Assembly: GCF_036365525.1 (NCBI RefSeq)
Contig: NC_090415.1
Location: 12,896,001-12,960,000 of the forward strand
Direction of reading: 5' to 3'
DNA from: Heterodontus francisci
Lineage: Eukaryota
Length of the DNA: 64,000 nt
The position numbers and the translations under genes are program-made. The notes below the pieces were generated by a model. That model did no database searches. It was given only the letters and a program-made list of their open reading frames with translations, and was not told the DNA's origin. Below are positions 34,181 through 46,939 of this stretch, piece by piece; position 1 is the first letter of the stretch; each line of letters begins with the position of its first letter.

Positions 34181-36955
34181 TCATAGAGTTATACAGCACA
34201 GAAACAGGCCCTTTTGGCCCACTGTGTCTTTGCCTCCCATCAAGCATGAACCTATTCGAATCACATTTTCCAGCACTTGGCCCATAGTCTTGTATGCTAT
34301 GACGTTTCACGTGTTCATCAAAATCCTTCTCAAATGCTATGAGGGGTCCTGCCTCTACCAGCCCTTCAGGTAGTGTGTTCCAGATTCCAACCACACTCTG
34401 CGTGAAGTATTTTCTCCTCAAGTCCCCTCTAAACCTGCTGCCCATTACTTAAATCTATCTCCCCTGGTTGTTGATCCCTCCACTGAGGGAACGTTTTCTT
34501 CCGATCTGTACTATCAATGTCCCGTGTAATTTTGTATACCTCAATCAGTTCCCCTCTCAGCCTTCTCTGCTCCAAGGAAAACAACCCTAGCCAATCCAGT
34601 CTCTCTTCATAACTGAAATGCCACAGCCCAGGTAACATCCTGGTAAATCTCCTCTGCACCTTCTGCATTGCAATCACGTCCTTCCTTTGGTGAGTTGACC
34701 AGAAATGTACACAGTACTCCAGCTGTGGCCTAACTAGCATTTCATTCAGCTCCCTCTTAACCTCCCTGCTCCTTTATTCTATGCCTCGGCTAACAAAGAC
34801 AAGTATCCCATATGCCTTCCTAACCACCTTATCTCCCCGTGCTTCTGCCTTCAGTGATCTATGGACAAGTACACCAATGTCCCTCAGACCCTCTGTACAT
34901 CTTAGGATCTGGCCATTCATTGTATATTCTCTTGCCTTGTTAGGCCTCCCAAAATGCATCACCTCACATTTTCGCACTTCTCTGGATTAAATTCCATTTG
35001 CCACTGCTCCACACATCTTACCAGCCCATCTATATCATCCTGTAATCTAAGGCTTACCTCCTCACTATTTATGACACCAATTTTCGTGTCATCTGTGAAC
35101 TTACTGATCATATCTACTGCATTCACGTCTAAATCATTCATGTACACTACAAACAGCAATGGTCCCAGCACCGATCGCTGTGGTACACCACTGATCACAA
35201 ACTTTAACTCACAAAAACAACGCTCGACCATCACCCTCTGCCTCCTGCCACTAAGCCAATTTTGTATCCAAATTACCAAATTGGCCTGGATCCCATGGGC
35301 TCTTACCTTCTTAACCAATCTCCCATGTGGGACCTTATCTGAAGCCTTACTGAAGTCCATTTAGATAACATCAACTGCCTTACCCTCATCTACACATCTA
35401 GTCATCTCCTCAAAAAATTCAATCAACTTTGTTAGACACGATTTTTTTTTTCAAGTCACCTCCTCACTCTGCTTATTATTAAATATTTTTATTAATTACC
35501 ACCTCCCCCCCCCCCCCCCCCCCCACCGCCCCACTGCCACTCCCCGACATTTTCTATTCTCCTCTGGCCTCCGCTGTTTTCTGCCCCAAGCCTCTTTTTT
35601 TTTTTCCTTATCCAATCCTCTATTTCATTTGACATCCAGGGTTCCCTGGATTTGTTGGTCCTACGCTTCACATTTATGGGAACATGTTGGCCCTGAACTC
35701 TCATTATTTCCTTTTTGAATGACTCCCACTAGTCTGATGTAGACTTTCCTATAAGTAGCTTCTCGCAGTCCACTTTGGCCAGATCCTGTTTTATCATATT
35801 AAAATCGGTCTTCCCCAAATTGAGTACATTTATTTCTGGTACCTCTTTGTCCTTTTCCAAAACTACCTTAAATATTACAGAGTTAATGCCACTATCCCCG
35901 AAATGCTCCCCCACTGACACTCCTACCACTTGTCCGGCTTCACTCCCTAGGATTAGGTCGAGCACGGCTCCTTCTTTGGTCGGACTTTCTACCTGCTGGC
36001 TCAAAAAGATCTCCTGTATGCACCTTAAGAATTCTGCCTCCTTTAAGCCATTTGCACTAAGACGATCCCAGTTGATATTGGGTAAGTTGAAATCCCCGAC
36101 AATTATTACCCTATTATTTTTACACCTCTCTGAGATTTGCCTACATATCTGCTCCTCTATCTCTCACTGACTGTTTGGAGGCCTGTCGTACACTCCCAGC
36201 CAAGTGATTGCCCCCCTTTTTGTATTTATGTTCTGCCCATGTGGATCATTTGAGGAATGTTCGAAGATATCATCCCTCCTTATACAGTAATTGACTCCTT
36301 GATCAACTGTGCACTGCCACCTCCTATTTTATACCCTCCCCTGTCATGCCTTAAGATTCAATACCCTGGAATATTGAGCAACCAGTCCTGCCCTTCCCTC
36401 AACCATGTCTCCGTGAAAGCAATAATATCATATTCCCATGTGTTAATAAATGGCCTCAATTCATCTGCCTTACTAGTAAGATTCCTTGCGTTAAAATAGA
36501 TGCAATCCAGCCTTGCAGTGTTAATTTGTGTCTTAACATGTCTGCATTTTCTCTGCCTTCCAGCCTGACTCAGTTTCTCTTCTATATTTGACTGTGCATC
36601 AACCCTTACTGCACCTCCCCTCTGTATCCCACCCCCTTGCCAAATTAGTTTGCAACCACCACCCACCCCCCACCCCCTCCCCCAAAAGCACGTGCAAACC
36701 TCCCAGCAAGGCTGTTGGTCCCGATCCAGTTCAGGTGCAATCTGTCCAACTTGTACAATTCCCACCTTGGCCAGAAACAGACCCAGTGATCCAGGAAATT
36801 AAAGCCCTCCCTCCTGCACTATCTCTTCAGCCACACATTCATCTGCTCTATCCTCCTATTCCTAGACTCACCTGCACGTGGCAGCGGGGGTAATCCAGTG
36901 ATTACAACCTTTGCGGACCCCTTTTCTTTAATCTGCTACCGAGCTTCCGAAGTTC
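34181..36955 (-). mobile_element. CR1 LINE (ORF1 esterase end, endonuclease and RT; internally deleted)
   Basis: ORF fragments CIYFNARNL..IIAFTETWL, LDLILG, DFSKA.DKVPH, RPQLEYC; 3' tail at 34181. Confidence 0.88.
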
Positions 36956-37770
36956 ATGTTGCATGACCTCATCCCTCTTTGTACCTGTCAGTTTCTGGTA
37001 TGGAATAAAGATCTTTACTCTGTACCTGCTAGTTGCTGGCAAGTGATTGTGGCATCAATCCATATCTGTCAGAGTGTGATGTTACTTCAGATTTTACTCT
37101 TCAGCTGTCAGTTTCTGACATGTGAATATGGATTTTCCTCATTCTGGTCACTTACTGCAATGTAAGTCACTCCTTTATTCTGTGCCTGTCAGTTTCAGGT
37201 CTGGAAGAAAGATTTTTTTCATTACCTTTTATAATCTGGCAAGTGAATGTGAGATCACCCTGTATCTGTCAGTTTGTGACATATTACTGTGACTTTTACT
37301 CTTCACTTGTCAGTTTCTGATACGTGAATGTTTATTTTATTCTGGGTGCCTGTCAGATACTAAAATGCAAGTATGTTTGTTACTTGTAATTAATTGGAGT
37401 GTTTACTCTTGATCTGTCAGTCTCTGGAATGTGAATGTGGCTCTTACTCTGTGTCTGTCTGTATTGGATTTGCCAGCAAGTGTTTTTCTTTGTCTTTCTG
37501 TTCCTGACATGTGAATGTGAATTTTACTATGTACCTCTCAGTTACTGGTATGTGATTGTGGTTTTATTCTGTCTCCACGAGCCTATGATTAATGATTGCA
37601 GCTTGTGACCAAGGCATGTCAGTATCTTGTTTGCACATGCCCATTCTTATGTGCATGTTGCTTTATGGGAAATGACTAAAGGATTTACTCTTTCTTCTGC
37701 CATATTACTTCTTTGGCTTCAAGGGCTGGTCAGAGACTGGGAATTCTGTGATGAGCAACTCATGTCCTAA

Positions 37771-38030
37771 CTTAGTTTAGTTTAGAGATACAGCACTGCA
37801 ACAGGCCCGTCGGCCCACCGAGTCTGTGCCGACCATCAACCACCCATTTATACTAATCCTCCACTAATTCCATGTTCCAACCACATCCCCACCTGTCCCT
37901 ATATTTCCCAACCACCTATCTATATTAGGGGCAATTTATAATGGCCAATTTACCTATCAACCTGCAAGTCATTGGCATGTGGGAGGAAACTGGAGCACCC
38001 GGAGAAAACCCACGCAGACACAGGGAGAAC
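37771..38030 (-). mobile_element. HE1-like V-SINE, 5'-truncated
   Basis: Reverse complement of 4255-4490. Confidence 0.85.
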
Positions 38031-38440
38031 TTCCCAAAGTCTTTCCACCACCTACAAGCCACATGTCAGAATTCTGATGGATTACTCTCCACTTGCTTGG
38101 TTGAGTGCAGCTCTAAAAACACTGAAGAAGCTTGATACCATCCAGGACAAATCAGCAGGCTTGATTATCTTACCATTCACCAGGTTATGCATTTACTCCC
38201 TCCACCACCAGTGCACAGTGTGTCCCATCTAAAAGATGTACTGCATCAACCTGAGGAAGTACCGTACAACAGCACCTTCCAAACCCATGACATCTGCTAC
38301 TGACTGGAACATGGGCAGCAAGCTTATGAGAACATTACCACCTGCAATTTCATCTCTAGTTTGCACAACATCCTGGCTTCAAAATATAACACCATTCCTT
38401 CGACATCACTCAGCCCAAATTCTGGAACTCCCACTTTTAT
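38031..38440 (+). mobile_element. Fragment of the CR1/L2-group LINE
   Basis: SQSLSTTYK..MDYSPLAW..LKKLDTIQDK matches ORF 50038-50634. Confidence 0.8.
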
Positions 38441-38877
38441 GAATGACATTCAATCTGTAGCTGTTCATCAATGGTGCAGTCTGAGTGTAGAACTTATTCT
38501 GCATCTGCCACTCTGAAAGACAGGATCTGTTTGTTTATATTTAAGGAACAATGAAGGATCTCTTACACACCTAGATCTGTCCAAATATCTGACCCTCTTT
38601 GTATGGTATGTGTGTGAGGGATTCATTCTTTATCTCAGAATGTGGAATGTGACTATTCTGTTTTTTATCTCTGTCACTTACTGATCTGTGCATGTGCACT
38701 TTTCACTCTACCTGCCAGCTTCTGATGTGAGTGGATTTTTTTATGTACCTGTCATTTACTGATGAATTGAATGGTGGTTTTGGTTTGAATCGCTCACTTT
38801 CTCTTACGTGAATATGAGTATTCCTTCGTACTTGTCAATTGCTGGTATAAGAGTAAGATCTTTAAACTGCACCTAAT

Positions 38878-39116
38878 ACAAAGCAAAATACTGTTAATGC
38901 TGGAATTTGGAAATAAAAGGAGAAAATTCGGTAAATACACAGCAGGACTGCCAGCATCTGTGGAGACAGAAACAGAGTTAGCCTTTCAGGTCAATGACCT
39001 TTCATCAGAAAGGTCTGTCCTGATCAAAGGTCATTGACCTGAAATGTGAACGGAATTTCTCTGGCACAGGTGCTGCCAGACTTGCAGAGTATTTCCAGAA
39101 TTTTACATTTTCATTT
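38878..39116. mobile_element. Head-to-head inverted pair of Penelope terminal repeats
   Basis: 38878-39008 (minus) and 39020-39116 (plus), both similar to 5492-5626. Confidence 0.75.
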
Positions 39117-39994
39117 ACACTGTACATGGAGATGTACATTTTCTGGCAAGTGAATGTGGGATCAATATTTAACCTTTCAGTTCTGATATACAAATGAGGA
39201 TTTTACCCAGCATGTTGTCAGTTCCTGCAGTGCAATTATCTGATTTATTCTGTAACTTTATGATTGTGGTAATTGATTGTGGGTTTGACCCTACATCTAC
39301 CAGTCTCTGTAATGTGAATGTGGCTATTACTCTGTATTTATCTGTGTACAATTTGTGAGTGTTTGTTTTCCTCTCCGTGTCTGTTTCTGACATGTAAATG
39401 TGGATTTTGCTATGTACCTCAGTTACTTTATGTGTATGTGCTTTATTCTGTTTCTGTCCATCTGTCGTGAGTGTAATATTTTCCCTGTACCTATCAGCAT
39501 CACACTTCTTTGTATGGCCATTATTCTGCACTTGTTGGTTTATGGTACTGCTTGAATTACTCTTTCCCTCTCATTCCCTGATATGCTACTGTAAATTTTC
39601 CTCTTCACTTGTCAGATTCCACTCTGTGATAATGTTGTTTCACTGTCTGTCTGCATCTGGTATGCTATTGTAAGATTTACTGTGTGCCCATCAGCTTCTG
39701 GTATTTAAATATGAAGTTCACATTGTAACATTCAATTTGATCTGTGTGAATCTGCTTCGACCTTGAACTGGCAGTTTCTATTCTGTGAGTGTACATTTAC
39801 AAGTGCACTTGTTAATTTCTGCTAAATAACTGTTGGTTTTACTCTGTGCATGTCAGTTGCTGCAATGGGAAGATGGGAAAGGTTTTTAATTCTGAAAATG
39901 GCTATTACTGATAAGTGAGTGTGGGTTTTACTCTGTAACCCTCATTCTCTGGTATTTGAGTTTGTGTCTTTTTCTTCTGGTTAGCTGTTATGCT

Positions 39995-42900
39995 CACTTC
40001 TCTGACATAAACCTCCTTTGAACCGCCTCCAACACATTTACTTCCTTCCTTAAAGAAGGAGACCAAAACTGCACACAGTGTTCTAGATGTCGTCTCACCA
40101 ATGACCTGTATAATTGAAGTATAACAGGCTTATTGTCATTTTCAATTCCTCTCATAATAATGGATAACATTCCATTTGCCTTCTTTATGTCTTGCTGTAA
40201 ATGCACACTAACGTTTTTGACTCATGCACCAGAACACCTAGATCCCTCTACACCCCAGAATTCTGCAGTCACGCTACACTGATGTATCTTTTGATCTTCC
40301 TGACAAAGTGAACAACTTCACATTTTTTTCACATTGTACACCATCTGCCAGATTTTTGCCCTGTCACTCAACCTATCTAGATCAATCTGCAACCTCCTTA
40401 TGTCCTCTTCACAACATACTTTCCTACCTATCTTTGTTTCATCTGCAAATTTAGCTGCCATGCCATCGCTCCCCTCATCTAAATCATTGATATAAATTGT
40501 AAAAAGTGGAGATCCCAGCACTCGTCACATCCTGCCAATCAGAAAAGGACCCATTTATGCATTCTCTGTTTTCTGCCAGCCAGTCAACCTTCTATCCATG
40601 CCAATATGTTACCCACTACACCATGAGCTCATACACTGCACAATAACCTTTTACGTGGCACCTTGTCAAATACCTTCTGGAAATCCAAGTACTTTATGTC
40701 AAAGGGTACCCCTTTATCCACAGTGCATGTTAGTCCTTCAAAGAACTTCAATAAATCAGTTAAACATGATTTCCTCTTCACAAAACCATGCTGAATATTC
40801 CTGATGACCTTGTGTTTTTCTAAATGCCCAGCTATAGCCTCCTCATTGAGCAATTCTACCACCTTTTTGATCACAGGGGTTAAGCTCTCGGGGTCTATAG
40901 TTACCCTGATGAAGGGTCACTGACCTGAAATGTTAACTCTCCATCTCTCTCCACAGATGCTGCCAGACCTGCTGAGTATTTCCCACATTTATTGTTTTTA
41001 TTTCAAATTTCCAGCATCTGCAGTATTTTGCTTTAAGATTACTATAGTTACCCTTTCTCTGCCTCCCTACCTTCTCGAATAGAGGGGTTATATTTTCTAC
41101 AGTCCAGTCTGAAGCAACCTTTCCAGAATCTTGTGAATTTTGAAAAATTAACACCCACAAATCTATTAGTTCAGTAGCCACCATTTTAAGACACTAGGAT
41201 GAACACCAACAGGACCCAGGGACTTGTCAGCCCACAGCTCCATCAGTTTACTCAGTGCTGCTTCCCTGGTGATTGTAATTTCAACAAGTTCCTCTCTTCC
41301 ATCCACCTCTTGATTTACAGCTATTACGGGAATGATTTTTGTCTCCGCTATTGTTAAGACAGAAGGAATTTTTTTATTCATTTCTTCTGCCATTTTCTTA
41401 TTACCAAACTTTAACTCCCAATTTTCATTCCATAGAGGACCAACACTCAATTTACTTAAACTTTTCCTTTTCAAATACCGACAGAAACCCTTGCTATCCG
41501 TTTTTAGATTTCTAGCTAGCTTACTCCCATGCTCTAATTTCTTTTCTCCTGATTAACCTTTGGTCAGAATATATAGAATGACACAGAATGACTCAATCAT
41601 CTGACCTGCCATTCATCTTTGCACAATTCTCTGCCTTTTCATTCAGGTTGATGCCTTCCTTAACTTCTTTAATCAACCATGGATTGGGGATCCTCCCCTT
41701 GGAATTATTCTTTATAGTAGGGATATACTTATTTTAAGTACTCTGAAATATCCACTTAAATGTCTGCCACTGCTTCTCAATTGATCTATCTCCTGGCCCA
41801 GTAACCCAGTTCACTTCAGCGAGCTCAGCTTTTATGCCCACATAGTTGCCCTTATTTATGTTTACAATACTAGTCTTTGACACACTCCTCTCACTTTTAA
41901 ACTGGATGCAAACTTCAGTCACATTGTGATCGTTGCTACCAAGAGGTGCCTTTATCTGAGGTCATTAATTAATCCTTTCAAATTGCACAATACCCAGTCG
42001 AAAATAACCTGCTCGCCGGATGGTTCTAGAACATGCTGCTCGAAGAAACGATCTCGAAAGCATTCTATGAACTCCTCATACAGGCTTCTATTACCAATCT
42101 GATTTTTTCCAGTTTATATGTTGACTAAAATCACCCATGATTATTTCCATCCCTTTATCACAAGCACCCATCAGTTATTCTTGAAGACTTCATCCTACAT
42201 TGGGATTACTGTCTGGGGGCCTGTCGACGACTCCCACGAGTGCCTTTTTCCCTGACTATTCCTCATCTCCACTCAAACCGATTCTACATCCAGATCTCCT
42301 GAACCAAGGTCATGTTTAACTATTGCAACAATACGATCCTTGATTAACAGTGTCACCCCTCCACCTTTACCTCGCTTCCTATTCTTCTTGAATGTTATAT
42401 ATCCATCAATATTGAGGACCCAATCCTTGTCATCCTGCAACCATGTCTCCATAATGGCTATGAGATCATATTTATTTACTTCAACATGTGCTATCAGTTC
42501 CTCTACTTTGTTATGAACGCTACGTGCATTCAGATAAAGAGCCTTGGGTTTTACCTTTTTGTTATCTTTGTCACATCTAGTGTTGACTGTCGGTCTGCTC
42601 TTAGGTTTTTTTTCCTCTTTGCCCCTTCCTGCCATTCACTGACCTTCATTTCCCCTGTTACTATTGTGTTCTCCTGCCCTGACTCTAACCCTTGATTTGT
42701 TACATCTACTAAAGCTTGATCCCTCTACCCCTTTGTTTAGATCAAGTATCTCTCGACATCCCTAGTTATATGGTTTTCTCGAACACTGGTCCCAGCTCAG
42801 TTCAGGTATAGACTGTCCGAACGGTACAGCCTCCACTTTCCCTAGTACTGGTGCCAGTGCCCCACAAACTGAACCTGACTTCTCCCACACCAGTCTTGGC
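39995..42900 (-). mobile_element. CR1 LINE (ORF1 end to RT) with a Penelope terminal repeat inserted at 40906-41035
   Basis: LYLNARSV..IAIMETWL, QHGFVK, DFQKVFD, KFAD; insert TSD CTATAGTTACCCT at 40895-40907 and 41042-41054. Confidence 0.9.
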
Positions 42901-42904
42901 GGGT

Positions 42905-44850
42905 GTAAGTTTCACTGTATATCTCTCAATCCCAAGTCTACAATTTACCTCTGTCAGTTTTGGATTTTGAGTGTGGCTTTATCTGTACCTGTCAGTTTGT
43001 TTTATGTGAGAAACATCTTATTCAGTACCTTTCAGCTTCTTGTGTGTAAAAGTATCTGGGTTGTACTTTGTCCCCATCAGTACATGGTATGTGAGTGTGG
43101 ATTTGACACTTAATATTACATTCTTGGGTGTATGAGTGAGTGTTCACAGTTTGTCTTTGATTATCTGGTATGCCAATTTAAGGTTTGACTTGTGCCCTTA
43201 AATGTCTCATGTGTAGCTGAGGCTTTTAACCTCTCTCTGTCACTGTCTGGTATAAGAGTAAGAGTTTCAGTCTGGTTTTTGAGTGTGGATTTTACACCAC
43301 ATCTCTCCACGCTCTCGGATGTGAATGTGATATTTAATCTGTACATGCCAGTTTCTGACATGTAGCTGTGTGGTTTACTTTGTACATTGTCATTCTCTGA
43401 TATGTGACTGCCAATTTTATTCTGAACCTGTCTGTTTTTTATTTCTGTTTGTGTGAGTTTTAACCTGTATCTGTCAGTATCTGGTATATGAATCTTCTTA
43501 ATTATGTGCGTGTTGATCTGTATCTGTGAGGGTCTGAAGTGCAATTGTTAGGTTTTCTTTGTACCTGTCAGTGTCTCTTATGGATGAGAGACTTTCACTC
43601 CCTTAACTGTTAACTTCTTGCAAATCATTATGGATTTCACACTGTGTCAGTCTCTGGTAGGTAAATGTGGCATTTATACTGTATCTCCTAATTTCTGATA
43701 TGTGAATGTTGATTTTAATGTGTACCTCTTGGTTTCTCCTATGTGAGTCTTTTTACAATCTGTTTCTGCCAGTTTCTCATATGTGAGGGTGGCATTTATT
43801 CTGTACCTGTTACTTTCCGAAATGTGGGAAGAATTTACTCTTTCCCTGTCAGTTGCTGATATGTGAATGTGGGTTTATTCTGGATCTTTCAATCTTTGGA
43901 AGTTGAGTCCATGCTTTACCTTCTATCTGTTTGCTTCTGTTAAGTGAATGAGGGATTAAATCTGTTCCAGTGCATTGATTGTATATGAATGTAGTTTTCA
44001 GTCTGTACCTGTCAGTTTATGAAAAATGAAGGTGGTTTTATTTATCTTTCTGCCAGATTTTGTTATGTGACTGTTGATTTATTCTGTACCTGTTATTTTC
44101 TAGGATATGATTGTGGTTTTTGATCTGTACCTGTCAGTTTCTATTACTTGAGTGAGTTTTACTTTGCACCAGTTGTCTTCTGTTATGTGAGTGTCAGTTC
44201 TAAGCCGCACCGGTAAAGTTAAGGTAATATAGTGTGGGTTTATTCTGTATCTTTCAAACTCTAGTGTGTGACATGGGACCTTTCTCTGAATCTGTCGATT
44301 TCTGCTCTGTAACTGTACGTTTTAAACTGCAACTTACAGTTCCTGATAGGTGTGTGAGCACATTTTCTTTTTTCTGCAGCTATCTATGTCTACTACAATG
44401 TCTATGTGTGTTATTCCTAGATTTCAATTTCTGTTATTGAAGAATTGATTTTCCTTTGTGCTTCTCAGTCTCTGCAATGTGTCCATGTCTGTTACTGGTA
44501 ACTGTCTGTCTCTGTTAGGTGACTCTGGTTTTATTCTCTATCTGACAGTCTCTTGCCTGTGAGTGGGTTAATTTTCTTCTCTGTAACTGTCAGTTTCCTT
44601 TCTGTGGCTGAATGTTTTAATCTTTACTTAAACTTTTTCATAATTTGTAAATGTGAATTTCACTTTGTGCCTGTCTGTTTACATTATATGAATGTGTTTA
44701 TTTTTATTTTGTCAACATCAGTTTCAGGCATGTGAGGGTGAGATTCACTGTCTCCAGGATGCACCCTCTTGTGAGATTGACAGAGTGCCTTTTAATCTGA
44801 TAGTGGGTTCTGCTTTTGAACTTTACCTAACTTTCAGCAGTATTGATTTG
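42905..44850. repeat. Degenerate ~40-bp tandem array, segment 3
   Basis: CTGTACCTGT recurs at 44003, 44084 and 44125, giving ~40-41 bp spacing. Confidence 0.8.
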
Positions 44851-45407
44851 GAATGGATTGGATACAATGTCTGTCTCTTCTGATTTGTTTGATTGCTGAA
44901 TTGGAAATGTGCCTCTAAACATAGGATCAGTGAGAGTTTGACTACATCTGCTTCTTGTGACAATGCCATGAACTGAAGGCCTATGGGAGTGGTACTGTAC
45001 CTTGTCTGTGATGGAAGGAGCCGACTGCACTTGCCCTTGTGCCTGGGAATCATCACATTCATTCTGCTCCCTTGAACTATTTGCCTACAGAAAGGAAGAA
45101 AACTATGTCTTGTAAGTCACGATCAGTTGAGTTGGAAGCTAGAAAAGAGATTAATGTAACATTTCAATTAATAATATTTATGACTAATCACAAAGGCGAA
45201 CCAAAAATACAAAGAATATCACTGTCTGATTCCACTGCAGCTCTCAGCATCTGCTGACGAGGTGTCTTGGCAGTTTCACAGCAATTTTGGGACATCCAGA
45301 AACAAGCCAACATCTACACTGCTCCAAGGTTGGAACAACCTGATGGAGCAGGGATATTTGTGCAGGTCAGGTTTCTATTGCTATCTGGCATTATAATGTA
45401 ATAACCT

Positions 45408-46040
45408 GAGAACTAGGAGCAGGAGTCAGCCATTCAGCCTCTCCAGCCTGATCCACCATTCAATAAAATCATGTCTGATTTGATCTTGGCTTCAGCTCCA
45501 TTATCCTGCCTGACTAAAAACCCATTACTCCCTTGTAGATAAAAAAAACTCATCCTGGAATATATTTAATCATCAGCATCCACTGCTCTCTTAGGTATAG
45601 AATTCCTTAGATTAATGACGCTTTGAGAGATGAAATTCTCCCTTACCTCCGTCTAAAATGGGAGACTCCTTATTCTGAAACTGTGCGGCGTGGTTCTTGA
45701 TTCCCTCAAGAGGGGAGATATCTTTGCAGGATCTACTCTGTCAAGACCCCTCAGAATCTTACATTTTTTCGATAAGATTAGATCTGATTATTACAAACTC
45801 CAATGAGTGTAACACAACCTGCTCAACCTTTTCCTCATCACGCAACCTATTCATCGCAGGAAGCAACCGAACGAACCTTGCCTGAACTGCATCCGATGCA
45901 CGTATACATCCCTCATCAGCGCAGGAGACCACAACTGTATCCAGTAATCCAGGTGAGGTCTCAACAACACCCTGCAGAGTTGGAGAAAGACTTTCCTACA
46001 TTTATATTCCATCCCCCTTGCAATAAATGCCAACAGTCCG
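45408..46040 (-). mobile_element. CR1 3' fragment
   Basis: LLAFIARGMEYK..RPHLDYWIQLWSP; 3' tail at 45410. Confidence 0.8.
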
Positions 46041-46294
46041 GCTCTGTTTTCACTATTCACTTTTCAATAACAACAAACAGCGTGAAATAGGAGCTAAACC
46101 AGGGACAAGTATTACAGGATGAGGAGAGAAAACAGCCATGAATTTCAACAGCAGCTTCTTCACCTTTTGTCTCACTTACGCAGTGCACACGCAGCCCGAA
46201 AAATGCCTCTGCCTTCCGCCGCTCACTCCATGTTACAGGATCACTTCCTGCCTCACTCTGTCTCTTGCAAACAAATGGACGTTCAGCAGCCGAG

Positions 46295-46372
46295 CTGGCG
46301 GAAGGGAGCGCATGCGTTCTCAAGGTTCGCAAGAATCTGCGGTGTGGGCGGGGCTATGCCGCGCATGCGCTT
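46295..46372. promoter_or_regulatory. CpG-rich promoter module, copy 3 (two NRF1 sites, GC box, ETS-like site)
   Basis: GCGCATGCG at 46308-46316, GCGCATGCGC at 46361-46370, GGGCGGGG, CGGAAG. Confidence 0.55.
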
Positions 46373-46939
46373 CTTTAGGCAACGTTGTGAAATTCAATAA
46401 AATCAATTGGAACTTTATCCAGTTGAGTTTTTTCACATTTTGAGCAATGGAACCGGGGCTGTGGGTAAGATAGTGATGTTTCCCTTCTGGGAGATTACCC
46501 CTTTGTGAAATTCAACTTGAGATTATTCTCTGCAGTATGCTTGCTGTCTTTCAGCCCGGCTTCTCAAAGCAATCCTCTGAGGGAGTCGGTGTGTTTGCTG
46601 GGATCGCGCAGGAGTTAATATCTGACAATAACAGTCCTACATTCATGTCAGCAGATTTAAACTGTCGGTCACTGAGAGTCATAGCGAACGGTTTGAGCTG
46701 AAAGATTGCAGAGAGCTCAACAGGGCAGAAACAAGTTAAATTTGGGACATTGTGTGCCTCACTTTCGGACACGTCCTCGGAATGTGAGATTAATAATGTG
46801 GCTGCCTGTTGCACCATATCAGTGAGAGATGAGTTTGTATCGTCGCTCTCCCCTGGCGGAACTTTCGAGATGAAACAAATCTTACAGTTCAGCCTACAAC
46901 TCAATAATTACAGGCTCAGTCCTGGGCAAAATATTGGAA

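Larger units (their letters stand above)
36975..39990. repeat. Degenerate ~40-bp tandem array, segment 2 (interrupted by SINE, LINE and Penelope pieces)
   Basis: Many CTGTCAGTTTCTG...TGTGAATGTG units. Confidence 0.75.
44870..46700 (-). ncRNA. Putative spliced non-coding transcript module, diverged copy 3 (interrupted by CR1 at 45408-46040)
   Basis: 44870-45405 aligns to 4785-5335 and 46045-46700 to ~5425-6420; acceptors at 45085 and 46094, donor GTAAGT at 46179. Confidence 0.4.

Noticed and set aside
33220-44850. CRISPR-like or protein-coding reading of the 40-bp array
   Set aside because: Eukaryotic context, no repeat-spacer alternation, no cas genes; the period is not a multiple of 3 and ORFs such as 39169-39531 and 43161-43544 are short
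44827-45084. Open frame after the copy-3 acceptor as a coding exon
   Set aside because: The aligned frame in copy 1 (from 5011) has several stops and no visible synonymous bias; a decayed coding origin is not fully excluded
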